DNA of 64,000 bases, from assembly GCF_964355755.1 (NCBI RefSeq), contig NC_092672.1, positions 8,556,001 to 8,620,000 on the forward strand. Direction: 5' to 3'. A program made the translations under genes and the position numbers. Below, in pieces: positions 37,801 through 52,800 of the stretch. Each line of letters begins with the position of its first letter. Within the stretch, counting starts at the first letter, position 1. The notes under the pieces were generated by a model. It was not told where the DNA came from. It saw only the letters and a list, made by a program, of their open reading frames with translations, and did not search any database. This DNA comes from Antedon mediterranea (Eukaryota; Animalia; Echinodermata).

Positions 37801-40800
37801 GGTTAGTAATAACGTTTAGAAATCTAAATAATAAAGATGTAAAGAAAAAAGAATGATCAATGAAGCGAATCGTTGACAAATGCCATGGCAACATGCAGCT
37901 TTCCTTACCTCCTCCTCTAAACGGGAGAGCTTTTCATCATTGATTGTAGGCATCAATGAATCGGAACCTACAGATGATCCCAAGCTAGCCTGTAAAGGAT
38001 AGAACAACAATCATACAAAAAAAACAGACATACAAACAAACAACAGTATCATTTGATCATTTATTATTGCTAAAAAAGTGATCAAACCTCAGTTTGTTCT
38101 ATACTGTACACTGAAAATGAACAAGGACAACAATCACAAAAAAGTTTCAGAGTTAGTTTCCTTTTACAGCACCATTTTGTTAATATTAACGAAATAAACA
38201 TATTAGTCTGTGCAGTACTTATACCACCACCAAAGAAAATAAAACCACCTTTGCTCAGTGAAGTGTATCTCATTTGCATATATTTACACCTGTTAGTAGA
38301 TTGTTGAATATGATTGGATCCAATTTATTATTGAGTTCGGGAGAAATATGATAAAGGTACTGTATCTCATAACTTGATTATCTGTACCTAAGCTATATGA
38401 TTTTTGCACAACAGGAAAATGTTTATTTTAAAACTTAATTTAAAGATATTGCTTTTAAACACATAAAATGATTTACTTGGTTAATAGAGCTGTCAGCACT
38501 CGGTCAAAATAGCTAAATATAAAACAAACTTACTCCTGAATAATTGGATATCTTGGATGAAGCCTGCGAGTACATGGAATCGTTACGATGTACGGATAAC
38601 CCATCAACGGCCTCGTTGGTGTCCTTCAGATCAAACTGCTCATCTACACTTGCTTTGTCGCAGACAACGTACGCGTGCGAGTCGGATTGTAGGGGTATAA
38701 AGTCTTCATTGGTGTGATGAACATCTAACAGAAAAATGACAAGAAATTTATTTTAATCTATTCTTTTAGTATAACAAAACAATACTTAGATAAACTTTTG
38801 GAGATAACCGATAAATTGAATCAACTGGACTTTAACTGCGGCGATTGCACAAGAACCGGTGATTTCAATATGGTATGGTTTTAGACATTGTCACTTGTCA
38901 TCAACTATATAAACAAATTATTATAAACTTAATAAAAAAAAGATGTATATTTGTAAAACCATCACTTTTGCCATTTGTTACAGAATATAGAAGTATAGAA
39001 TTGATAGTGGCAACACTTCATGCCCTTCCTGGATCCATCATCTTTTATCTTAAGTATTTACCTTAATGACTGATAACATACATAAATATATAAACTTCTT
39101 AAATAAAGTTGAATGCATATTTGCCTTTGATATTAATTCATTAAGAGTTCCTTTTAGTATGTAGGAAAACTGATACCAACTAATTAAATTTTGGAGTTCG
39201 AAAGAACAGGTCGTAAAAAATTAAATAAAAAAAAAAAATTCTTCAGATTTAAATGGTGTACATTTTTGTGTATTTTTTATTGATTATTTTTTATTATGTT
39301 GAACTTGAGAAGAGGAAATTAAAAACATTATTTGAGTCATCTGTGCACAGCTGACAGGGATGTTAAATAGATGACTTAATTGCCAGAGAATCACAATGCC
39401 GTAAAACACACCTATAAAAATAAAATAATTATGAAGAAAAATTGCGAGAGACAAGATGACTGGGCTCATAATTAAAAGATTAAATTACATCTTGATTTAA
39501 AGCATCCTTTTCTATCGCATGTGACATCTAATTAAATATGCAAATTGACGGAGCATTTTCTTAGCGATGAATTTGGCTAAACATTGAAATGTACAGTAGC
39601 TCAAGTCAAGTCAAACCGATGACATCATGTATTAATCAGGAACTTTTTTAGAGATCGCAAGTCTATTTTTTTTATTTTTTTTATTCAATTATTTGAATAT
39701 TTATGCAAAAGGCTACTTTTTAGATACACACATAATGTCATTCACAAACACAAAAACAAGACATGTGTGATGTGAATTTGTCATGATATAATGTCCATTT
39801 GGCAGAGTGCAGACTCCAGAGTGGAAATTAATAAATGCTCAAAGTAATCTTCATTCACCTAATATCACTTAACATTTCTAGTGACGAATTGAAGTCTAGT
39901 TTTACTGTTAAAAAAAAGCATTGTTACAATATATACTATAGCTTTCTATATACCTCCGATCTTATCCACTTCAAGAAGGCAGAAGAGTCTGGGGTCTGCA
40001 TTTTTCATACCAAACTTCTTAAGAGCTAAGGCTAGCACTTCATCAACAGGTGTAGACAGCGACACGTTTACCAACTTTCCTTTTGGATTGTGCCCAGCTA
40101 TCCTATACACAATCTGAGGATGAAGGAAATCACTTACTAGACCTATTTAGCAAAAAAACCCTGAGAAATGAGAGGAACATTTTCCTCCTTTCCAAAAGAA
40201 GGGAGAAAGTTTCATGCATTTATCTATATATAAATTTACATAAGGGCAAAATTCGGTAAATCGTGCGTTACTTCTGGAATGTTCACTCGATGGTTAATAG
40301 AAATACTACATCAAGATAAGGCAGCTGTCTACTTCCATAGAATCTTTGAAAGGTATTCGTTTTAGTTTAAGATGGCGTATTTAAAAAATTGTGCACATAT
40401 ACGAGTATCATATAGTATAAGAGATTTAGTGTTAGCTGTGTGTTGTTGTCTTGCGTCGCTAACCACCACAATAAAGTTCACAATGCCTTCTCCTCCTTCC
40501 ATGATTCATTCACAATAACATAGACAGGTCTAACCAATGCAGTACCTTAATTGTGCCTCCTTGCGCTTCTCTCTGCCTGAGTTCAAAATGGTAAGATGTA
40601 GCATTGTTCCAGTTGTTTTGAACCATTAGAGGACATTCATCGTAACCTAGCTCACGGTCAGCAACTGCAATAAAATAATATTTACACTTTATTCAGCTAT
40701 TTAAATAAAATTGTATTCATAAATGTGCATATATATATAAAGAATTGGTTGATAAAGTAGTGGTTTGTTTCCACACCTGTAATAGAGTTATTGCTGTTGG

Positions 40801-43800
40801 ATGCAGGGTGAAATAATTTAAAAATGCATACATTGCAATATATTAAGGAGAATAAGTAGGTAATAAGTAATGCTAATGATATCTATGAGAGCAAAAATAC
40901 TGAATATGACACATAATATAAAAATAATAAATTAATTACTATTGCAATGAATTAATACAAATAAACAAAACAAATTGAAGAATTGATTAAAATACTTTAA
41001 AACATATACAATTATAAAATGTTATTTATTGATAATTTGTCATGAATTTGATTAACAAATTTAATGAATATGTTCTTTATTAAATCATGGAGGCCAATAT
41101 TATATATATAAATAAATTTCATTTAAGAAAATTCATTTTTATAAGGTAACTTTCTGACAATTAAAAATTAATGAAATATACAGAAAAAAAAAATTCTGTC
41201 GTATAGAAATAATGAAAATCATGCATCATAATATAAATAAAAAATGCCAATTGTTATTCAGTTTTTGCATCATGTAAACATGTGTACTTATACAATATGT
41301 CTAATAAATGAGAAAGAAAAAATATTGCACAGTTGTACATTAAAACTGGCAAGAATTATATAACTGTATTATATTGACTTGTATAAATACAAATTATATT
41401 TACCTGAGCAGTCAAATGCTGATTTAAATAGAAGGAATAATGAATATTAAAATAAAACAAAAAGGAAACGTTGAATTAATCATCACTAAACACATGGTGA
41501 AAATACAGAACGTAAATTTAAAATAATAATATTTAAAAAATATTATTAATGATAAACATTTCAAATGTCATGTTTCACAAATGAAATTAATTAAATGAAC
41601 TGAAATAGGGCTATATTTAACATTTATGTTACATATGGAGTAGTAATTTGAGAGGTGAACCCAGGGACTAATGTTTATGCTCAGAGGAAAAGTTCCCAAA
41701 ATTTTCTTTATTTAATATTTAATTCACGAGTGGCAAAAAAAAAAATATTTGACTGACAGCAACTCTTATTTTTAAAACTGCAACATTTGCCTGACTGCCA
41801 ACACTAATTGCTGAAAGCTGTGGCCGTAATAAACTATAGTACTTATTCGTGTACAACGCTTTATCTATATGGTAAAACTTATTTGACCAAAGTGCTTATT
41901 CAACAGCAGCACCCTTTTTTAGAATGCAATGCTTCAAAAAAAGCACTTATTGAACTGCAATTGTAAACTTAGTCATCTGCAGCACTTATTTAATTATAAC
42001 ACTTTTCAATTGTATAACACTCAACGGCAGCACTTGTTCATCAGCAGCACTTATTTAACTGCAGCACTTATTCAATTGTCACACTTATTGAACTACAAAA
42101 CTTACTCATCTGTAGCACTTATTCAACTGTAACACTTATTCAATTGTTACACTCTTACTCAACTGCAACACTTATTAAACTACAGCACTTATTCAATTGT
42201 AACACTTACTCATCTGTAGCACTTACCCAACTGTAACACTTATTAAATTGTAACACTCTTACTCAACTGCAACACTTACTCAACTAAACACTTATTAAAC
42301 TACAGAACTTATTAAATTGTAACACTTACTCATCTGTAGCACTTATTCAACTGCAACACCTATTTAACTATAACTTTGAATTGCTGTTTATATTCAATTG
42401 CAGTTGTTATTAAACTACAACTCTAGTCTTTTTCAACTGCAAAATTTTCAACGCTTATATTATATTATATATTATATATATTATTAAACATAAGTTGTTA
42501 TTTGACTTATTTTGTACTTATTCAACTAAGACTTACGTCTTTCTTTATCAGCACTCGAGATGCACACCTCTACTATGCCATATAATCGTGGATCTTCCAT
42601 TTTATTCAGCTGCTCTAAACAAAGTTTAATGACCTCCAGAGAACTGGTCATATCAATAACTTTAATGGACACACAAGTCGGGCAGCCTAAAAAAGAAAAA
42701 ATATGATTAATATTTAATCATGATATCTCAAAATTGTTTTTTAATATCAATATTATTCAACTAATTGTCCTGTTTTTTCATAATGCCCACGCCCTGTTTG
42801 ATTCAACATTGTTTTTCTTTTGTTTGCCTGATTATTGTTATCAAGTGAAACAGTTGACAAGGAATATTGGTTTAAGTTTATCAGATCAGAAAAAATATTA
42901 CATCTTTCATGGCCTACACATTGAAAGTAAATAAAGACATATGGACATTTCCCACACAGTTTAGTCAGCCAAAAGAACAATGAAAAAAGTTGAGAAAAAA
43001 TAGAGATTTTAAGCGATTGGATAAAGTAAACCCCCAACCCCTCCCATTTCCTACATCTCATGATAAAGATTAGTATCTAAAATGTACAGTGTTTGAATAT
43101 ATGTCCTAAGTATGAGGCTTTATCTATTAATCTCGGAGTAAATTGTAGATAATCTCCAGTAAAAAAAATTCTACTAAAATAAAAAAAAAATGTGTTGTGT
43201 GTATAGGAATGTGGCTGGGCATCTATTTAAGAACAAAAAAATCCATTGGGTTTTATCCAAGGAGGCGTTTATTCAAAGTGGGGTGTTTAGTGAAATAAAT
43301 ATGCAGTAATTTTCTTTATTTTTAATATCAGAAATCTTTAATAAAGAAACAAAGACGGAGGAAGAAAATGAACAAAGCTAGGAAATGTGAGAAATACAAA
43401 TTGATAAATGTACATAAACAAGTCTAGACTTTAAAATGAATACGTTTGATTTGTGCAAGTCATCCACTGGGAAAAAAGTATAGACATTATCATTCCAAGC
43501 CTCCGTACTTTACTACATTTTAAGTGAGAACATTTTAATGATGAATTTCTCAAGTGAATCGATGTTAGGCTATTTCAGTCGTAACGTTTGCGATCTACGT
43601 ACCCGCGTCAATTTAGACACATGGGACGTGTTGTATTATAAACTAGCTGTAAACAGTCTCGTTCTGACCTGTATTTAACGTACTTTATTGTTGAAAAGAA
43701 AACGAAACACTTAACAAGCTATACTTCACTCATCAACAACTTCCTTAAATGATTTCAATTTAGGGAGAAACAACGTTTGATTGGGTACAATCTGTTGAAT

Positions 43801-46800
43801 GCACTTATTGAACATAAATATAATGAAACTAGATACAATGTGTAACATTATAAAACTATGAACCAAGTTAAAACAATTAGTTGTTAATATAACATTCAAC
43901 TTTTAATGATCAATTGTAAAGTTTGACTCCTTAGGTTATGGAAAAACTATTACATAATTGCTCAATATATCAACGTTGTATTTCTAATGGTCATTTGTAA
44001 AGTTAGACTCCTTAGGTTATGGAAAAACTATTACATAATTGCTCAATATATCAACGTTGTATTTCTAATGGTCATTTGTAAAGTTTGACTCCTTAGGTTA
44101 TGGAAAAACTATTACATAATTGCTCTATATATCAACGTGGTATTTCTAATGGTCATTTGTAAAGTTTGACTCCTTAGGTTATGGAAAAACTATTACATAA
44201 TTGCTCTATATATCAACGTGGTATTTCTAATGGTCATTTGTAAAGTTTGACTCCTTAGGTTATGGAAAAACTATTATTATTTGCTTTATATATCAATGTT
44301 GTATTTCTAATGGTCAATTTTTAAATAACTAAAGGAGTCAGACTTAATATGTAGTCTGACTCCTTTGGTTATAGGAAAAACTATTAAAATTAATTGCTAA
44401 ATATCAACGTATTTCAAATGACCAATTACAATTCTGACCCTTAATAAAAAATGGTCAATACTACGTTGATATACATGGGCTATATGTAGCATAGATAAAG
44501 TTTTTGTCTCTCTCTTGCTAACAGACTGACCATTCCTGATGGGTTGTGATAACATAAAAGCTTAAAATAAGGGTTGAAACGTCTGATAGTGCCGACACGG
44601 AGAGGACGCCTACAAATAAAGCATCACCGATGAAAGACTGAAATCAGGGAAGGTTACATTAATTATGCTAGGAACATGTTTTGATAATCCGTAAATCCAG
44701 AATGGGATAAATACGCCATTTATATAGATAATTAATACCTTTTTAAGCCAGACAGAAAACCCCATTTAAAATCTTTTAAGCATACAATTTAAAATGGTCT
44801 ACCTTATGATTTAAAAATAAAATGCTATGACTTAATTATTTAAGTTCACCGTACTTGGTTAAAATAGTCGGTGCTATGAAAAAGTGACGCCAACTGTTCC
44901 ATGAAAGATACAGATTTTTAAAATCCCTAAAGCTTTTTAAAATCTTCATTTAAGCTAATAATTCTATTTTAGAGGATATGGAATATTTATTTTAGTAGTT
45001 CCTAAATTCTTTGAAGACATTTAAAATTCAGATTTAAATCTATGTCTACTAATGAAGCTTAAAGCCCCCTTCCCTACGTTTTTTAGATCTAATTTAAGGT
45101 CACAAACTATATTTAATGTAAAAATAATACTATATGGTCCTATTGCGATAACATTTTTCGTCTTTAAACGGTTAAAAATGTGAAAAATAAGTCAATTCTA
45201 ATAATTATAGCGGCCCGCTATAAATCTCAAAATGCATTGCGCGCAGATTGATATTTTTGTTTTTCACCTGTAATTCGCCCACTTTTCGATCGATCGTGAG
45301 GCCAAAACAAATGGAAGACTCCTAACTTTTCAGCGAAAATACCGGGTTTTCCCCAATTTGTATCAACGGAGTCTGGCAAAAATAGAAAGACAATTAATGC
45401 AGCAACTATACAACGTCAGGCTAGGTATATAGCTAGCGTATGATGTTCGTACGTTACCGATGTTTACCAGCTAGGCATACAAAACTAAGCCTAGCTAGGC
45501 TAGGCCTAAGACCGTCCACGAGAGGTCGATCGCCGTGAGCTACTTAGGTAGTGCATTGTTTCTCACTTTTTATCATAATTTACCATAACTAGATGGCACG
45601 CTCGCTTCGCTCGCGTACCATCTAGGTCGTGCCCACAGATGGTTCTCGAATACACAGTATTTCCAGCGAGAAAAAAATGGAGATTTCAAACAGTGTACGT
45701 ACCGCAGGACTATAATACATATTGTCGTTTACAGAAACGAATAAATATACACAATGATTTATGTAGTCAACCAAAATTAGCACCCTGGGAATTACTTCCG
45801 AGAGAAAAACAAAATGAGTCAAATTTTTTTATTTGGACTCATTTAAACAAACCCAATTTGTGTTTTGTATGTAACATTAAGGGTTGAGGGATGGGGGAAG
45901 AAGATGGGTACAAAGAGGAAACATTTTAAAATATATTCTTATCCACTCAGTAACGAAATATTGTTTTTAATGTTTTATAGGCCTATAAATAATATACCAC
46001 TAAATACAGTAAAACATTTACGATTTAATACGGTACTTTGTTAAAACTCTCACTGTCATAGTCGATTGAAATAGTAAAGTACACCACTACGACGTTTATA
46101 TATTTTTAAATTATTAATTAATACAAACGTTGAGAAGCAACTGTCAGTAATAACATTTATTTATTTGTATATTATATGTTTATAATCTAACAGTAGGGCC
46201 TACCCACACTCACAGTAATAAAGTTTATTTGTATATATTTTTATATTACATCTAACAGTACCAACACTCACAGTAAGAAATTTGTGATTCAAATTGTGAT
46301 CAAAAGTGGTTAATACCTTAACAGTATTGTACAGCATTGCAATACTATTTATGTTTATTCTCCAAGGGGGCCCATAAATCTAAATCTATACCTCTATGGT
46401 TAAACCAAATAATTTGGAATGTTTATTTCTATATTATATGTTTATAATCTAACAGTAGGGCCTACCCACACTCACAGTAATAAAGTTTATTTGTATATAT
46501 TTTTATATTACATCTAACAGTACCAACACTCACAGTAAGAAATTTGCGATTCAAATTGCGATCAAAAGTGGTTAATACCTTAACAGTATTGTACAGCATT
46601 GCAATACTATTTATGTTTATTCTCCAAGGGGGCCCATAAATCTAAATCTATACCTGTATGGTTAAACCAAATAATTTGGAATGTTCCATTCATCACAAAT
46701 CAATACATTTGTAAAAACGTATATTAAATGTATCAAAATAGTATTTTTTAAAGAAAATCGGCCTGTCTTCAACATTATGATGCTGTACTCGAACTGTTCA

Positions 46801-49800
46801 ACCGGTTTTCAGCTATTAAAAACAATTATCGTAGGAGGAGATAGGAAAATGCGAAGCCTCCTCGCATTTTTGTGGCGGGTATTTTTCAAGACGGACATCC
46901 ATTAGACAGTGTATACCACGATCGGAAAACACCCCTATTTGGGGCAAATCGTTGAACCTAAATTCGTTTTAATCGTCAATAACTAATTATCTAACTTAAT
47001 TTAATTAGTAAACAGGGTTACATCAGGTGGTTAAAATCAGTACCGAAAGTACCAACCAACTTTATATACCACCGTGTAAAAATTCTAGAAGTAAGGCGCG
47101 ATTTACCGAATTTTGCCCTTACGTAAATTTATATATAGAAACGTACATTTAAGACAAGGAATGACATGGTTTAATGTTTTTAAAGTGATATATATATATG
47201 TATTATTTTCCAAAAAACGTCCAAAATTGCAGGGAAGGGGTCTTTAAGTGTTCAATAGTAGGAATATTTCCACTCATTAAAAAACTGAATGTTTTATTCA
47301 ACTCGGCACACCTTATATTTTAACAAATTACAGATTATTGGTTTTCATTTTACAAAAATGAAAGTACAAGATTTAAAATTAAAATAGAAAGAATAATACT
47401 AATTATAATTTTTACAGAAATTTTAAGAAAAATATGTAGCTTAAATATATTTTAATAATCTTTCTAACTTGTTTTAAATATCAAAATCTTATAATTTATA
47501 ATGATACTGTACATTTAAAATGCTTGTCAAAAAATAATTGCTAATCCATGGACAGTATTTTACAGTTTTATGATGTAGCCAATTAGATAATTTATTTTAA
47601 TTAATAAAAAAACTTATCTATAAAAATGATAGCTGTCCCGATCTGTATTGTATCAAGCTAATGTATGTATGTATGTGTGAGAGTTTGATTTTGTTTTCAT
47701 TTCATTTATTTTGTGTCCATGCGAAAATACAATACAAAACATGGACAAAAAAAAGAGGAAAAAACACACTACCAAACAGAGATAGGATTCCTATAAAGTG
47801 AACTTATAATCACTATCTAGTAGGTTTCCTCATTGTACTGATTGGATAAAAATCATTTAGAATATAATTTTATAAACATTAAAAATGTATAAAAAATACT
47901 GTATTAAAATATTATTGCAATATAATTCAATTCAATTCAATTTTATTCAATACAATAATGGACGGTTGTAATATAAACTTAAAAGTAAAAAACAAAGCTC
48001 AGGATGACCCAATAAAACCTTACGGTTTATTTCCGTTGGGGGTCCTATAAAAATAAAGGCCATAAATAAATATCGAAATATATTAAAAAAGAAGATTGCT
48101 GGATACTAAATTATTTTTTATTTTTCACCATTGCAGCTTTAAAAATGTTTTGGTATTTTGTGTTTGTTGATTTTTGTTAAAGGATGTACCAAGTGTGCCA
48201 CTGTTTACAATGTGTTTTTAGGCTGATCTACCCTAACTAAGAAACTATTCAACAAAATATTATTAATTTCATTGCAAAAAACTAAAGACTGGTTAAAAAA
48301 AAGAAAACTTAACTAAAGAAGAAAATAAAGTTATCCTTGGTTATTTCAAGACATCCTGTAGCGAACATAATTTAACTTCCATCTACTAAAAGATTATGAA
48401 AATTAACTAATTAGCATAATTGATGAAAAGGAAACATTTCAACAATTCCTTTATTATTAAAATGATAAAAATGTCTTGTATAAAAAAGGAAAAGAAACAG
48501 TTTATCTCCATCTTACAGATGTAATATTATTGAATTCATATTTTTTGAATTAATGAAATTTGAAAATGATTTAGGTCATAAAAAAGAATATTCATAATTC
48601 ATTAAAGAAATCTGCTACTTCATACATTTCTGGTTTTAATTAGTAAAATTATGAATAATTAAACATAAATATTGGTTATGAGTTCCCTGATTGTCGGGTG
48701 AATAAATCTAGGATAAACTGAGAATTAGAAAACTATGGAATGTTATAATGGATCAGGGTAATACAGATTACCGTACTTGTTTTTATAATGACCCATTTAT
48801 TTAAACTTTAAGAATCAATTTCTGCAAAAGATAGAAAAAAGCAGGACTCTTCATTCTACCACTATACCAATCATGTGGAGCTGTAGCTTGATGATAATGT
48901 GCTTGTCTTACAATCCCAGGATCCGGGGTTCAATCCTGACCTAGAGCAAGAGTTTTAACTCACGACTCTTTCAACTCCACTCCCTCAAATGAGACTTAGT
49001 TTATCAGTACGATAAATTATTAAATAGTTTATCCACTATCCATCACTTGTATTTGGCGAGGCACTGGCAGTTTGATATGTATGAAAAAAAAACAACAATA
49101 TCAACCAATCCAATTAAACACATCAGGTGCTTTGATAATTAAATTGCACTACAACCACCCATGGCATTTTCATTGTACAAACTCATTTGACACACATTTC
49201 TCTGTCACTCCTCTATCCAGGGTGTATTTAAAAGGGTAAGTACACAAAGCCGAAAATAACCTACACCCCTTCCTTCACATTTACAATTTTTCTTCATCGT
49301 ACGATAACTGTTTAATGTTATTTTAACATTTAATTAATATCTGTGGAAAACATTAATTCAAATGGCATTCTATACTTATCTAAGGTTTCATAGCGGAAAC
49401 ACTGAAGCCAACTCAGTCTCCAATTGTTAACACATTCTTAAAATGATATGGCTATTGAAATTAATTGGGGGATGATAGCAAGTGATCTGAACCCCATCTT
49501 GACCTTGGTGCGCTACTATCTTTAGGATACAGTATACATGTTGAAAACTAAGTACGTTCTTAGCACCGAAATAGCCTTGTGTAAGACATGCGTTTGATAG
49601 ATATTTTCCCCTTGTTTTACTTTGAAAATGATTTTAACCGAATTTGTTAATCAAAACAGTATGTTTTTTTCATGCTTTTTTTTAATAAACAAATTACTTG
49701 CTGAACCAAACATTTAAATATTTTATTAAATATTAATCTAATAAATCTGTTTAATCTTTATAATAAATATTTAATTCCGAAATATTTTGGGTACCTTAGA

Positions 49801-52800
49801 AACATTATATTAACATGATAATAAAATAAAAATGTTAATGTTTAAAACTTTAAAGATTTTAATTCTAATTCTGTACTATTACTGTAATGAGGATCCTTTG
49901 ACAAACCATTTTGAAACTCGTTTTATTTTTAACTATTATCTATTAAGCTATTAAATATACTAAAGGAACGATAATAATGAAAGCAATTATAATATATGCT
50001 ATATATCTTATTTTTTATTTTATTTTAATTTTATGCACATGCGGCCAAGGATTACCAATAGTACATTAATTACTGTCCTATCAGATAGGTGGTAATCCCG
50101 CTGATACAGGGGATACTTTGTATCACATAAAATTACTCCTAAATGGTGGTATCAGTATCATCAGTGGTACATCCAATTTGTGAATCTTTATGCGGTTGGT
50201 AGATGTTTCAATACATCAAGTACATCTCCTCTAACAGTATTTGAACCAAGAATTATGAGATTGATAGCTAAGGTATAAACCACCCAGCATGCTCTATTAA
50301 GCTATAACATGTTTGTAATCCTAAACCTTTTGCATCTTAAATCCAATTCTAAAAAAAATATTAAACACTATCACAGAGTTAACAAACATTGAAACATCTA
50401 CCATACTACTGTATAAAAAAAGCGGAAGATGTTACAAACTGAATTTATCAAGCTTCCTCATTAAAGATGAAAGCGGTCAGTCTGATGGCCAACACCCTTG
50501 ACCATCAGATGTCAAGAATATTTAATATATATTTTATATATTAAGGATATTAGGTAATAATAATATAACATATAGACTTATAAAAAGGCTGATTTTAATC
50601 TATATTAATTTGGTTTTATTAGATTAGAACAACTGTTATGAATGTTTAAAATAGGTCATGATATTTTTAGTAATAATCATATTAAAATATCAAAACTAAT
50701 TACCTATGTCATGTAAATTTTATAATATTAATTACTATTACAAATTATAATTATTTATTTTATTATGATTTAAACAAACATGATAAATATAAATAGACGA
50801 ATTTGTGTTATGCTTAGTACAAATCAATTATTGCTTTATTAAGATCATTTTTTTTTTTTCATTTTATTTATAGCTCAGTGTAAATGGATGTTACAACATA
50901 ATAACTTAACATATTAGATTAATTATTATTAAATGTGGCAGTATCAGATTAGAATCTGACAAATAATTTAATGAATTACGCATGTAAGGGCGTGTGGCAC
51001 AGTGTGAATAGGCATTGGAATGGGATTTTGCGACCAACCCTCGTCGCACTTCTTGTGTCCTTAGGCAAGACACTTTACTTATGTTTGCCTCTCTCCACCC
51101 AGGTACAATGGTCTGGTAGGTATTGCACTGATAGCTGCATAATCATCAGAGCTGTCCATTTATGTTTCATCCAATGATGCATGGAGAAATAAGTTAGAAC
51201 TTATTTCTCCATGAATGATGTAAAGCTCTTACAAGATTTGAGAATTAGGCGCTATACAAGATTGACATTTATGTGCATAGGACCAATACGCAAGTCCAAT
51301 CTGAAGGACGAGGCAGTTTAGTTAACTTAGTTGTGCATCTCACATAGAGATTATAGATGAATCTCACAAAACATTTTACATGATTTGATTTCCAATATTT
51401 TGTACCTTCTATCAATTGACCTACATTTAATAATTATCACAAACAAACATAAAAAAAAAAAAAATACAAATAATAACTAAATCATCGTCCTTGAATGAAT
51501 AATCTCTAGGGTGAGGGAGGCATTTTTTTGTTTCCCCGGGGGTAGGGTTTGGCATGCTAACGCTTGCCAAGGTAAACACTGAAATTGTCAGTAAAGTTGC
51601 CAAAAACGCTGTTTATTTCCTTACGATAAATATTGTATGTTATATTTGGGAAATTATACATATTAAATAAATTATTTATGAAGTTATTATGTCACTTTTT
51701 TGTGTTTCTAACATGTTTGTCAACCTATAATGGAAATGAGATCGGGAAATATATATATATGTAAGAAATCCTGATTGATAATTTTACTTGTTTATATACT
51801 TATTACATTTTTTAAACCACAATCAAGATTCAAATTTTCCACTCTTAAATTTGTATCTTTGTCTATATATAAAGTATATAGACATCACAAATAGATAGCT
51901 TATGATTGGTCAAATTATATGTGTTGGGCATTATTACACCCAAAGTATTAATGGAAATTATTATAGACATATATTACTAGAAACTAAAGCTTTACATATT
52001 TCACCTGTATTTGATATTCATACTCTTTTCTGATAGTCTGTTAATAGTTTTTGAATTGAAGTTTTTACATAGAAATTAAATAATAATTAAATAGAGAAAA
52101 TTAAGACTCAATGTTCCTTATTGGCTAACAGTGATCACCTGACCACACAACATGTCACATGACGTCAGAAACAACATATGAATGATGCAATAACATAACA
52201 ATATATGATGCATGTCTTCATGCTTTTATAATTATCTTTCTATTATATACTAGTATTTTTATAAAGACAAAAAGAGCCGGAACATCAATGTGGAGAATTT
52301 TATTTTAAACAGCAGGTTTGAATAAAGGAAGGATATATCTAGTTTACGTATATAAGCTCTGTACATTTGGGAACAATGCTTGGATGAAATCCAAGGGTAA
52401 TCTGCGGACATTTCACTCAATTTTATTTTAGAAATTTTGTTTTTAAAATTACCGAATAAATTATACAAGTTCTGAAAACGAATGAATGAAGTATAAAACT
52501 TTCCTTGTTTTTTTTATATAATTATCATTGATCATGGGTTATGTCACAGATTACAATGTCGTCTGCGGCTAACAAATTCAATGTTGGCACGACTATACAA
52601 CTTACTTTAAGAAATAAAAATTACGAATTTAGAAAAAGGTTTAGGAAAGTTCTAAAAAACTACTATTAGTATACAACATAAAGTTAAATTTAATATACTG
52701 AATAAATAATTATAAATAAAGTCTTAGACATTTTTAAAAAACAAAATATACATTTTGTTGGTAAAATGCTTATAAGTATGACATAATATTCCAAAAATAG

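Noticed and set aside
43914-44320. Regular repeats that might suggest a CRISPR array
   Set aside because: Whole 81-bp units repeat with no unique spacers, no cas genes are present, and the context is a eukaryotic intron.
48170-48600. Possible L1/Tx1 C-terminal remnant
   Set aside because: Too degenerate to support by eye.
52348-52411. Possible alternative first exon MSADYPWISSKHCSQMYRAYI, phase-compatible with the RA1 exon
   Set aside because: The donor (GTAAAC) is weak, it would truncate the RA domain, and there is no other support.
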